A stretch of 64,000 nucleotides of DNA. Source: Mobula hypostoma (Eukaryota). Each line of letters opens with the position of its first letter. The first letter of the stretch is position 1. The DNA lies in the NCBI RefSeq assembly GCF_963921235.1, contig NC_086108.1, positions 101,186,001 through 101,250,000 on the forward strand. Reading direction: 5' to 3'. The notes under the pieces are model-generated. The model saw only the letters and a list, made by a program, of their open reading frames with translations. It was not told the DNA's origin and did not search any database. Both the position numbers and the translations under genes were made by a program. This document shows, in pieces, positions 39,601 through 49,693 of this stretch.

Positions 39601-40528
39601 GGTGGCCCGTGAGCACCTGTTGGTCGTAGGCGGTGGGAGGTGGTGCCGACCAAGATGGCTGCCCCCATGTCTCGCACGTGGTGGCGGCGTGCAGGGAAGA
39701 TGGCGGCCCCCATGTCTCGAACGTGGTGGCAGTGTGCAGGGAAGATGGCGACCCCCACGTCTTGCACGCGGCGCTGCTCGATCCCGCTCGCGGTTTTGAC
39801 TTACAGACCTTGGCGAAGTGGCCCTTCTTTCCACAGCTGGAACAGGTAGCTTGTCGGGCCGCGCAGCGTTTCCGGGGGTGCTTCTCCAGTCTGTAGAAGT
39901 AGCACTTCGCGGACTCACGAATGGCTGCAGCCAAGGTCGATTTGCCGGCGGATTGCAGGGTCTGCGGCGCCCACGATGCCATCGGGGGATCGCATGCCTG
40001 GAGAGCCTCGGAGTTATGCAGAGCGGCCTCCAATGTATCAGCCAGCTCGATCGCCGAACTTAGGGTAAGATCGGCTTTTTCCAGCAGCCGCTGGCGCACG
40101 TACACTGACCTGGTCCCCGTAACGAAGGCGTCTCTCACTAGGAGTTCTGCATGCTGTGCCGCCGTCAGCTCCTGGCAATTGCAGGCCCGCACGAGTGTCT
40201 GTAGGGCCCGGACAAACTCAGCACTCGATTCCCCGGACCGTTGTTGCTGTGTCGCTAAGCGATGCCGAGCATAGACGCTGTTTATCGGCCGCAGGTATTG
40301 TCTTTTGAGTGCGTTCATCGCGCCGTCGTAGTTCAGCTGGTCTCTGATCAGCGAATAAACCCGTGGACTGACCCTGGAGAGTAGAACTCTGCGCTTCACT
40401 ACGGGGTCGGTCGCTTTAATCTCCTCTAGATACGCTTCGAAGCAGGCCAGCCAGACTTCGAAAGCGTTTCCAGTGTCAGGCATTTGCGGATCGAGGTCTA
40501 ATTTGTCTGGTCTCAGGGTCTGTTCCAT
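36623..40528 (-). CDS. Gypsy Gag-Pol polyprotein, 1301 aa, uninterrupted
   Basis: CCHC knuckle CSSCGKKGHFAKVC; protease LFDTGS; RT IDLKSAYHQL/PFGVTNG/YLDN; RNase H ESDASD...EKEA...TDQ...DALSR; integrase HHCC plus VDFKGP/HSDRG/QVEKEN; C-terminal RRSQR..RPPDRL. Confidence 0.95.
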   Translation of the reverse strand: MEQTLRPDKLDLDPQMPDTGNAFEVWLACFEAYLEEIKATDPVVKRRVLLSRVSPRVYSLIRDQLNYDGAMNALKRQYLRPINSVYARHRLATQQQRSGESSAEFVRALQTLVRACNCQELTAAQHAELLVRDAFVTGTRSVYVRQRLLEKADLTLSSAIELADTLEAALHNSEALQACDPPMASWAPQTLQSAGKSTLAAAIRESAKCYFYRLEKHPRKRCAARQATCSSCGKKGHFAKVCKSKPRAGSSSAACKTWGSPSSLHTATTFETWGPPSSLHAATTCETWGQPSWSAPPPTAYDQQVLTGHPTAPDQDSDPTLASVTLDQSAPHQLARSMMDILVEGHRTSCLFDTGSTESFIHLATVQHCGLRIRPVSQRVTMTSGSHTTDIQGGCVVTLVVQGTEYRDIKLLVLPQLCAPVLLGLDFQSHLKSVTMKYDGPLPPITVINPLFCRDMSRTPLLTTHTHRPAHPTQHHANCHTTNTTCGLSTLRIPPPPLFTNLTPDCKLVATKSRRYSAGDIAFIKSEVQRLLREGVIEASTSPWRAQVVVVRNEEKNRMVVDYSQTINRFTLLDAYPLPRIADMVNQIALYKVYSTIDLKSAYHQLPICREDRPYTAFEADGRLYQFLRVPFGVTNGVSVFQRAMDRMVDQCQLKATFPYLDNITICGHNQQDHDNNLQKFLQAAKSFNLTYNKDKCVFGTTRLAILGFVVENGVIGPDPDRMRPLLELPLPNTLRALKRCLGFFSYYAQWVSNYADKARPLVKSTTFPLSAEAHTAFNRIKGDIAKAAMHAVDEAIPFQVESDASDFALAATLNQAGRPVAFFSRTFQGPKIRHSVVEKEAQAIVEAIRHWRHYLAGERFTLLTDQRSVAFMFNNQQRSKIKNDKILRWRIELSTYNYDIMYRPGKLNEPSDALSRGTCASAQIDRLYALHVDLCHPGVTRLFHFVKARNLPYSLEEIRMMTRDCQVCAECKPHFYRPEKAPLIKATRPFERLSVDFKGPLPSTDRNVYFLNVIDEYSRFPFSIPCPDTTTTSVIKALRKLFTLFGYPCYIHSDRGSSFMSDELRQYLLARGIATSRTTSYNPRGNGQVEKENGTVWKATLLALRSKGLPVSRWQEVLPEALHSIRSLLCTATNATPHEWLFSFPSKSTTGTTLPTWLTSPGPVLLRKHASSNKYSPMVERVHLLHANPQYAYVVLPDGWEDTVSIRDLVPAGAPGPYPEHSVVTIDPVPTNVCTYKTPCTPNPIQTPHDTPIPGAMHTHEGLPTPNVLAPEVRPEPAQPPSPVLRRSQRWTRPPDRLNL

Positions 40529-40554
40529 GTTTTAAAATGTACAGCGAATAAAAT

Positions 40555-40802
40555 TGAAGCACCTTCAATTACTCCAAAAGACTGAGGTTTGGTAAAATAC
40601 TGAAAGGCTTTTATTCGCTGTACAATACGACCTCCACAGTGAGTGTCTGCCCCCGGACTGAGGGGGAGGGGCAAGGCAAACACCTTTATACAGGACTCCA
40701 TGGGAGGAGCCTCAGGGGCAGTCAGAGGAGCCACAGGGGCAGTCAGCAGAGGTGTGTCCAGACAGGTAACCGAGTGACAACATATATGCATGGTTTACCA
40801 CA
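40555..40802 (-). repeat. 5' LTR of the intact Gypsy element (248 bp)
   Basis: Direct repeat of 36325-36553. On the - strand it has TATAAA (40685-40690), an Inr-like TCAGT with the A at 40659, and AATAAA at about 40610-40615. Confidence 0.95.
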
Positions 40803-41036
40803 CTTGGTCTGTCCTGTGTTTTGAGATATCACACCGGAGGAAATAATGTATCATTTCTTAATGCATGCATTACCAAATGACAATAAAAGAGGACTACATG
40901 TCTTCATAATCTAATCTAAACCACATCCTCTCCATTTCTCAAACACTCACGTTCATCCCATCTTCCTGCCATTTCAACAGTGATAGAGTTCCTCTTGTCC
41001 TTAACTACCACCCCATGAGACACTGCATCCAACACA

Positions 41037-42840
41037 AGTTTCAAAGTTTACAGTAAAGTTCAAAGTAAATTTTAATATCAAAGTATACTGTATATATGTC
41101 ACCATACACAACCCTGAAATTCATTTTCTTGTGAGCATACTCAATAAATCAAAAGAATAATAACTATAAAAGAATCAGTGAAAGATTGTCCAACTAGGAC
41201 ATTCAACTAGATTGCAAAAGACAACTAACTGTACAAATAAAAAAGAACTAATAATAATAAATAAACAATAAATATCAAGAACTTGTGATGAAGAGTCCCC
41301 TTGAAAGTGAGTCCATTGGTTGAGGAAACATTTCGATGATGGGGCAAGTTAAAATGAGTAAAGTTATCCCCTCTGGTTCAAGAGCCTGACGATTGAGGGC
41401 TAGTACGTGTTCCTGAACCTGGCAATGTGAGTCCTGAGGCTCTTGCACTATTTTCCTGATGGCAGCAATGAGAAGGCAGCATGTCCAGCCTGCTGAGGGT
41501 CCTTGATAATAGCTGCTGCTTTCCTGCTAGACTGTTTCATGTAGATGTTCTCCATGGTTGAGAGGGCTTTACCCATGATGAGCTGAGTCATTTCCACTAC
41601 TTATTGTAGGATTTTCCATAAGAGAGCATTGGCATTTCTACACCAGGATATAATGCAGCCAGTCGATATACTCTCTACTACACATCTACAGATGTTTGTC
41701 AAAACTTTAGATGTCATGCCAAATCTCCACAAACTCCTAATGAAGTAGCAACACCACCATGCTTTCTTCATAATTGCACTTACTGGCAAGGACAGGTCCT
41801 TTGAAATAATAACACCTAGGAATTTAAAGTTGCTAACACTTTCCCATCCGATGCTCTGATGAGGACTAGCCAATGGATTTCTGGTTTCCTTCTCCTGAAC
41901 TCTATAATCAGTTCTTTGGTGTCACTGACATTGAGTAAGAGGTTGCTGTTATGCCACCACACAGCCAGATTTTTAATCCCCCTCCTATGTGCTGAGTCAT
42001 CACTATCTTTGATCATAAACACAAAATAATCTGTTGATGCTGGGGTCAAAGCAACACTCACAGTGTGTTGTGAGTGTCACTATCTTTGATCATACTGGTG
42101 TCATCAGCAAGCTTGAATATGGCATGGGAGCTGTGCTTAGCCATGCAGTCATAGGTGAATACAAGTAGAGCAGGGGGCTAAGCACACAACCTTGTGGTTC
42201 ACCTGTGCTGGTGCAGATTGTGGAGGAGATGTTGTTGCCAATCTGAACTGACTGGAGTCTGCAAATGAGGAAATCCAGAATCCAATTGCTCATGGAGGTA
42301 TTGAGACCGAGATCTTGGAGCATATTGGTTAGCCCTGAGAGGATGATAGTATTGTATGCTGACCTGTAGTTAATAAAGAGCATCCTGATGTATGCATCTT
42401 TACTGTCCAGATGTTCCAGGGTAGAGTGAAGAGCCAATGGGATGATGCTGCTGTAGGAAAATTGGAGCAGATCTAAGTCACTTCTCAGGCAGGAGTTGAA
42501 ATGTTTCATCACCAACCTCTCAAACACTTCATCAGTGTGGATATAAGTGCTTCTGGGCGATAGGCATTGAGGCAGGTCACCATGCTCTTTTTGGGCACCA
42601 GTATAATTAAAGCCTGCTTGAAGCAGGTGGGTATCTCAGAATGCTGAAGTGAGAGGACAAAGATATCAGTAAATACTCTAGCCAGTTGATTAGCACAGGT
42701 CTTTAGTACTTGGCCAGTACACCATCTGGGCCAAATCCTCTCTGTGGGTTCTTCCTCCTTCAGGATACTCTCATGTCGGCTCAAAGACTGAAATCACAGG
42801 ATCATCTGTGGATGTGGGATTTCGTAAGGGTTCCTCCATG
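41037..42840 (-). mobile_element. Rex1/Babar LINE, degenerate
   Basis: [53 protein letters not shown]. Confidence 0.8.
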
Positions 42841-43959
42841 TTTGTGAGTTGATGAATTTGCTGCAACTTCTGCCATCTCCAAAGGGTTTCTATCACCAAA
42901 CCTATTTTTACCTCCCCCGCTCTCTTCGCTTTCTGCAAGGATTTCTCCCTCTGTGATTCCCTTATCAATTATCCCTCACCACTTATCTTCCTCCCAGCAG
43001 TTATCCCTGCAATTGGCCAAAGTGCTACACCTGCCCATTCACTTCCTCCTTCACTTCCATTCAGGGCCCCAAACATTGCTTCTCTGAGAGGTAATACCTC
43101 ACCTGTAAATTTTCTTATGTCTGGTGTTCCCAATGCAGTCTCCTCTATTTTGGAGAGATACATTGTAAATTGGGGCACAGCTTTGTCAAATACTTCTGTC
43201 AAAAGCGGAACACCCTAGTGGCCAAACATTTTAATTGCAATTCCCATTCCTGTTCCAGCATGTCGGTCCATGGCTTCCTCTGGTGCCAAGATGAGGCCAC
43301 CCTCAATTATGAGGAGCAACACCTTATATTCCATCTTGGTAACCTCCAAACTGACAGCATGAATATCAATTTCTCCTTTTGATTTAAAAAAAATTCCCTC
43401 CCAAACCCTTCTTCTTTTCCCCACTCTGGCCTTTTATCTCTTCTCACCTGACTATCACCTCCCTCTGAATCCACTCTTCTTTCCCTTTTTCCTATGGTCC
43501 ACTCTCCTCTCCTATCAGATTCCTTCCTCTCCAGCTCTATACCTTTCCTACCCACCTGGTCTTGACCCGAAACATAGACCATTTTTTTGATTTCCATAGA
43601 TGCTGTCTGACCTGCTGAGTTCCTCCAGCATTTTGTGGATGTTGTGGTGCTAGGGTGTATTAATAGGTGGAGGAGTTCATCATCCTGTCTGCAGAGACCA
43701 GGTGGCCATTTTACAGAACACCTGTACTTTGTCTGCAGTGGCTACCACAAGTTTCCAGTTCATGTCATTTTAACCAGCCTTTCCACTCTAACACTGATCT
43801 GTCTGTCATCAGCCTCCTCCAATACATTTGAGATGAACAACTTAAAGACACAGCCGCATACAGCACAGAAGTTGGTCTTTTGTCCAACTCATCTATGCTG
43901 ACCAAGATGCCTACCTGAGCTGGTCCCATTTTCCTATGTTCGTCCTGAATCCTTTGAAC

Positions 43960-44840
43960 ACCTGACTGTTCACAAAGGTTGTTGGCATTGTGAATAGTGC
44001 AGAAGGTTGTTGTAGCTTTCAATGGGATATTGATATCATGCAGAGCTTAGTTGAGAAGCGGCAGATGGAGTTCAATCCAAAAAAATGTAAGTTTTACATC
44101 TTGGAAGGTCAAATTTGAAAGCCTAATACAAGATTACAGTTAATAGCAGAATTATGAGCAGTGGGGAGGAATAGAGGGATCTTGGGGACCATGGCTATAA
44201 ATCTCTCAACATTTCCACACAAATTGCCTGTGGTAAAGAAAGTATATCGTGTGCTGGCCTTCATTAGTTGGGGAAATGAATTCAGGAGCTGTGGGGTAAT
44301 GTTGCAGCTCTATAAAAGTCTGGTTAGACTACATATAGAGTATTGCATTCAGTTCTGATCCTCTCATTATAGGAGGGATGTGGAAGCTTTAGAGATGGTG
44401 CAGAGAAGATTTACCCAGGTGCTGTCTGGATTAGACAGCATGTCTTATGAGGATAGGTTGAGCAAGCTAGGACTTTTCTCCCTGGAGTGAAAATGATGAG
44501 ATGTGATTTGATGCTGGTGTACACAATGATGAGAGGCATAGACAGTGTGGACAGACAGTGACTTTTTCCCAGGGTGAAAATGGCTAATGTGAAGGGACAT
44601 AATTGTAAGTAGATTGGAGGAGTGTATAGTAGGAAGGTCAGAGGTAAGTTTCTCCACAGAGTGGTGGATGTGTGGAATGCACTGCCTGGGATGGTGGTAG
44701 AGGCAGATACATTGGTGACATTTAAGAGAATGATAAAAAAAAAAGGGAGGGCTATATGAAAGGGAAGGGTTAGATTGATCTTGGAGTAGGTTAAAAGGTC
44801 GACACAATACCCTGGGCCAAAAGGCAATGTTCTATGTTCT
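43960..44840 (+). mobile_element. CR1 LINE 3' fragment, degenerate
   Basis: MLQLYKSLVRLHIEYCIQF; (TTCTATG)n tail at about 44828-44843. Confidence 0.8.
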
Positions 44841-46631
44841 ATGTACCTGTCCAAATATATTTAAATGTGTAATTGTACCTGCTTCTACCACTCCTCTGAC
44901 AGCTCATTCTACATACTGATGTGTAAAAAATTTGCCTTCTGATCTCCTTTAAATCTTATTCCACTCTCCTTAATCCAGTGCCCTCCAGTTCTAGACTCTT
45001 CTACCTTGGAAAATTATTGTATCCAGGCCCCTCATGATTTAATAAGCCTTTGTAAGGTCAACCCTCAGTTTTCTTTGTCTCAGGAAATCCACTCCCAGAA
45101 GTTTCTCCTCATAGCTCGAGCCCTCCAGTCCTGGGAAAAGCGTCATTAAGGTAAGCTAATTGGTCATTGTAAATTGTCCTGTGATTAGGCTCAGATTACA
45201 TTGGGGGATTGCTGGGCAGCACAGTTTGAAGGGCTGGAAAGGCCAATTCTGCACTGTATCTCAATAGATAAATAAAGAATAATAAATAAATAAAGAATCT
45301 TTTCTGCTCCCTTTAAGCTTAATGATGACCTTCATATCACTGAATAACCAGAAATGAATACGATACTCCAAGTGAGGTCGCACCAATGCCATGTTCAGTG
45401 TAACACCATGCCTTCCCTATTACCACTCTCAGGTTGGAGCAACAACAACAACATTTCATACTTTGTCCGGGTAGCCTCCAACCTGATGGCATGAATATTG
45501 AATGCTCTAACTTCTGCTAATTTCTCACCCATGCCCCTTCTCTATTTCTCCATTCTCCATTCTGGTTCCCCTCTTACCCCTTCACTTCCCTATCACCTCC
45601 CTCTGGTGCTCCTCTTCTTTCACTTTCTCCCATGGTCCATTCTCCTCTCCTAACTGATTTCTACTTCTTCAGCCCTTTGCCTCTTCAACAAACCCCTTCT
45701 CAGCTTCTCTCTTCATTCCCCTGCTCCTTCTCCCACACACATCCCCTCTCAGCTGGTGTCACCGAACGTCTGCCAGTTTATCCTCCTTCCCCTCTCCCGC
45801 ATCTTATTCTGGCTTCTTGCCCCTTCATTTCCAGCCTCGGCCTGAAACATCAACTATTCATTCTGCTCCATAGATGCTGCCTGATTTTGTGTGTTGTCTG
45901 AATTTCCAGCATTTGCCAGAATCTCTTGTGTTTGTGAACAGTCTCTATTTGCCTGGGTCAGTGTTCTCCAACAACCCATGAAAAGTTTGACACCAACCAT
46001 AACAAAGCAACCCATCCTTCAGCCTAAACATTTAATCTCTTCACTACTGCCACACATTATCTGCTCTGTGAACTGTCTAAAAAATGGACTGTAATCCAGC
46101 CTACTCCAAGAGCACTTCCCAAATCATTGCCCAGCAACCAAATAGCACAAAGAAAGCAGCCACGGGAGAAAACCACCACCTGCAGATTTGCACCAGGACA
46201 CAGAAATACTACATTGATTCAAGATGCTGGGCTTTCCCAGTTGAACAAGGGCAGTTCAAGGTAGACAATAAATGCTGGTATAGTTAAAGCAGAGTTGTTA
46301 GGTTCTTGATTCGTAAAGGCATCAAAAGTTATTGGGAGAAGGCAGCAGAATGGTATTGAGAGGGGTAATAAATCTACCGTGTTTGAGTGGCAGAGCAGAC
46401 TCTGTTGGACAAATGGCTCAATACTGCTCCTGTTTCTATGGTCTAATGGCCTGGTCTTCAAATGTCAAATAATAAATACATTAGAAAGAAAGATTTGAAA
46501 AAAATGTTCATACCAATTCTATCCACTATGTATTTCTTGTATTACAAATTTAGCCTCACAATCCTATGGATTATGCACAGTGTTTCTATTGCAGGGATTT
46601 TCAGGTAGAAATGTGCAATTATATTTCACAG

Positions 46632-46782
46632 GCAAATGTGATCATTGCTGAACCCAATCCTCTGCATGGAGACACCCCATACACCCTGCAGTATGGAGGA
46701 TGTGGGGAGAAGGGCCATTACATTCACCTTACACCGAGCTTCCTACTAAATGACAGTCTGGTTCAAGTTTATGGTAGAAAAG
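46632..46782 (+). CDS. CLCA: CLCA-family gene, coding exon 3
   Basis: ATTTCACAG| acceptor and AAAG|GTAAG donor, 151 nt, phase 1. Translates ANVIIAEPNPLHGDTPYTLQYGGCGEKGHYIHLTPSFLLNDSLVQVYGRK, the typical CLCA 'GD.PYT.Q...CGE.G.YIH.TP.FL' motif. Confidence 0.95.
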
Positions 46783-47514
46783 GTAAGTTAACATCTTTAC
46801 AGAATATGTTTTAAAGCTGATGAAACTGTGTCTAGTGGTTTCCTGTGACAACAACCTGGGGAAACAACATAGAAAGTTAGTGGGTGAAAAACTTGTGCCA
46901 GTCAGGTATGTTAAGTGACTACATATGAACCACCCTTTGTTCAGGTGGGTGACAGGAGAGTAAGGGTGGAGTTGAGGGGGGGCTTGACTAGGACATGAAA
47001 AGTGGATCAGGGATGTGGAAATACTAATGGTGGTAATCTGAGAGCCAGAATGTCTCACTGGGCCAAATCTCCTCTTAAGAGAAATGAGACATATTGCTGC
47101 AGTATTTAAACATACAGAAATGTGATTTTTAATAGCAGTAAATTAAAGTATTACACTGGAAAATGCATTTTTTTGGTGGGTGTCAGGAGGATTATGCTGG
47201 AGTTGCTGGGTGTGAATAAAGTACAAGATAGATGAATGGGCAATGGGACCAAGGTTAGTAATGTAGGTAGGTGATGGGACTTAGATTTAGATTTCTTTAT
47301 TATTAACCACATGTACATCGAAACATACAGTGAAATGTGTCTTTAGCATTAACAAATAACACAATCTGAGGATGTACAGGAAGCAGCCCGTAAGAGTCAT
47401 CACACATTCTGAAGCCAACATAGCAAGCTCACCCACTGTGTTCAGCAGTACAACACGGAGACAACATACACCAGGCATCAACAATGAAACAAACTCCTTT
47501 ACTACCCCCCTCAC

Positions 47515-47516
<2 letters not shown>

Positions 47517-47586
<70 letters not shown>
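47517..47586. repeat. (CA)35 microsatellite
   Basis: Perfect dinucleotide run read directly from the sequence. Confidence 0.97.
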
Positions 47587-47588
<2 letters not shown>

Positions 47589-47609
47589 TGGGACTTCTTC
47601 TGGGACAGG

Positions 47610-49300
47610 TCTGACCTGTAGAAAAGAGACAGGTTGCACTTGAATGTGCGGCGGGGGCGGTAATATCCTTGCGAGCAGGTTTGCTAGAGCTGTTGGGAGT
47701 AGTTTAAACTACTATGGCAGGGGAATAGGAACCAGTATGATGGAGCTGAGGATGAATCAGCAGGTTTACAAATAGATAATGGATGTAGTCTAAATGTAAT
47801 AAAGGACAAACCAACGATTGGGTACAAATGCAGACGCAGCAAAGTTAAATTGTACCACAGAGGCAAAATTCAAAAGGGTGAAGAATGCAAGATTGAAGGT
47901 GATCTGTTTAAATGCGTGTAGAATTCAGAAAAAAATGATGGAACTCAAGGCGCAATTAGATTGGTCAGTATAATGTTGAGCATCACAGTGAAGTGGCTGA
48001 AAGAAGGTCATATTTGGGAACTTAATATCAAAGGATATTCCTTGTATTGAAAGGACAGGCAGAAAGACAAAGGTGGTGGTGTGGCTCTATGGGTAAGATA
48101 TGGACTTACATCTTTAAAAAGAGGTGACAGAGGGTCAGAGGATGTCAAATCTTTGTGGATGGAGTTAAGAAACTGCAAGGGTAAAAAAAAAACATTATGG
48201 GAATCATATATAGGCCTCCAAACAGTAACCAAGATATGGAGTTGAGATTGCAAAGGGAACTGGAAAGGGCATGTTATAAGGGTAATGTCACAATTGTAAT
48301 TTGGGACTTCAATATGCAAAGGGATTAGGAATATCAGATTGGTTTTGGATTGCAAGGGAGGGAATTTGTTGAATACTTATGAGATGGCTTTTTAGAGCAG
48401 CTTGTGCTTGAGCCTACTTGGGAAAGGCTATCTTAGATTAGGTGTTGTATAATAATCCAGATTTTATTAGGGAGCTTAAGGTAAAGGAGTCAGTGATTAT
48501 AATAGGATTGAATTCATACTACAATTTAAGAGGGAGAAGCATAAGTCAGATGTATCAGTACCGCAATGGAATAAAGGGAATTATTGAGACAGAAGAGAGG
48601 AACTTTATCAGGTGAATTGTAGGGAAACACTGGCAGGGATGACAGCAGAGCAGAAGTGGCTGAAGTTTCTGGGAATAGTTCACAAGGCACAGGAGAAGAA
48701 GCTCTCAAATGGTAGGGGTAGGCAACTGTGGCTGACAAGGGAAATTAAGGACTGTATAAAACCCAGGGAAAGGGCATATAGTGTAGCAAAAGTGAGTGGG
48801 AAGTTGGATGATTGGGGAGTTTTTAAAAACCAACAAAAGGCAAATAAAAAAGCCATAAGAAGGGAAAATGATGTTGGTGAGATAGTAATGGGGGATAAAA
48901 AATGGCAGATGAACTTAATATGTACTTTGTATCAGTCTTCACTGTGGAAGACACGAGTAGTGTGCCAGAGGTCTGTGAGTGTCAGGGAGCAGGACTGAGT
49001 GCCATTGTTATTACAAAGGAAAATGTGCAAGGCATCAATCAAAATTGAGGGGCGACCCTTTGGGACAAAGTTATAGAGGGATTTTTCTAGCCAAAGAGTT
49101 GTGAATCTGTGGAATGCTCTGCCACAGACAGCTGTGGAGACAAAGACCGTGGGTATGTTTAAAGTGAAAATTGATAGTTTCCCGATTCGTCAGGCATCAA
49201 AGGTTATGGCGAGAAGGCAGGTGTATGGGGTAGAGTGGGATCCAGGATCAGCAATGATGGAATGGGCTGAATGGCCTAAATCTGGTCCTATGGTCTTATC
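47610..49300 (+). mobile_element. CR1 LINE remnant (ORF1 end, endonuclease, deleted RT, 3' end)
   Basis: Homologous to 3840-4780 (LWMELRNCKGKK, YRPP, DGFLEQLV); ends with a CCTATGGTCTTAT tail. Confidence 0.78.
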
Positions 49301-49693
49301 TTTAGAGAATGGATGAGACTAACACTGAGTGGAAAAGGTTTTCTGTTTTTACACAACTACTTGTGAACTTTTTCCAGCAGATTAGTACCCTAGTGACAGA
49401 GAGCTTTAAGATAGATAATTCTAGGGTAAGCTATTTTTATCCCCTTATTAATTCCTGCCTCTCTTTGTAAGGAGTCTGGACACTTTTCCCATAACTGCAT
49501 GGGTTTGATTCGCGCACTGTGGTTTCCTCCTATATTCCATAGATGTGTGCATTAGTAGGTTAATTGGTTGCATGGTTGGGGGGGGGTAATTGGGCAATGG
49601 AAGCCAGAAGAGCTGTTACTATGCTGTACCTTGAAAAGACACTTTTCGAAGTTTATTGCATTCCGTTGAACAAATATACTCCCTTTCCTACAG

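Larger units (their letters stand above)
36325..40802 (-). mobile_element. Full-length Ty3/Gypsy LTR retrotransposon in CLCA intron 2
   Basis: Two LTRs bounded by TG...CA (36325-36553 and 40555-40802). 5-bp TSD CTTGG at 36320-36324 and 40803-40807. Purine tract next to the 3' LTR. Single gag-pol ORF with PR-RT-RH-IN order. Confidence 0.97.
35811..40920 (+). mobile_element. SINE-like non-autonomous element that hosts the Gypsy insertion (35811-36324 and 40808-40920)
   Basis: Starts GAGGGAGGAGAAGATGGCG and ends (TAATC)n. The joined flanks match the uninterrupted copy at 18609-19275. Confidence 0.7.
34715..43640. mobile_element. Penelope-like (GIY-YIG) remnant in inverted arrangement, split by SINE+Gypsy and Rex1 insertions
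   Basis: - strand arm about 34715-35675; + strand arm pieces 35676-35810, 40921-41035 and 42850-43640. Contains decayed CPFTSSL.SIQGP and VAKHFN..SHS.S.MSVHG....DEATL.EEQHLIFHLG motifs. Confidence 0.65.

Noticed and set aside
36746..40274. Antisense and alternative-frame ORFs overlapping the Gypsy polyprotein; possible env or chromodomain
   Set aside because: Short ORFs are expected in GC-rich coding DNA and have no recognisable motifs. Only about 70 bp separate the stop codon from the 3' LTR, and no chromodomain motif is visible.
47287..47614. ORFs with CV and HT dipeptide repeats
   Set aside because: Artefacts of translating the (CA)35 microsatellite.
49564..49693. N-terminal extensions of the ORF-track entries overlapping CLCA exons 3-5
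   Set aside because: Intronic read-through upstream of clear AG acceptors; only the spliced portions match CLCA.
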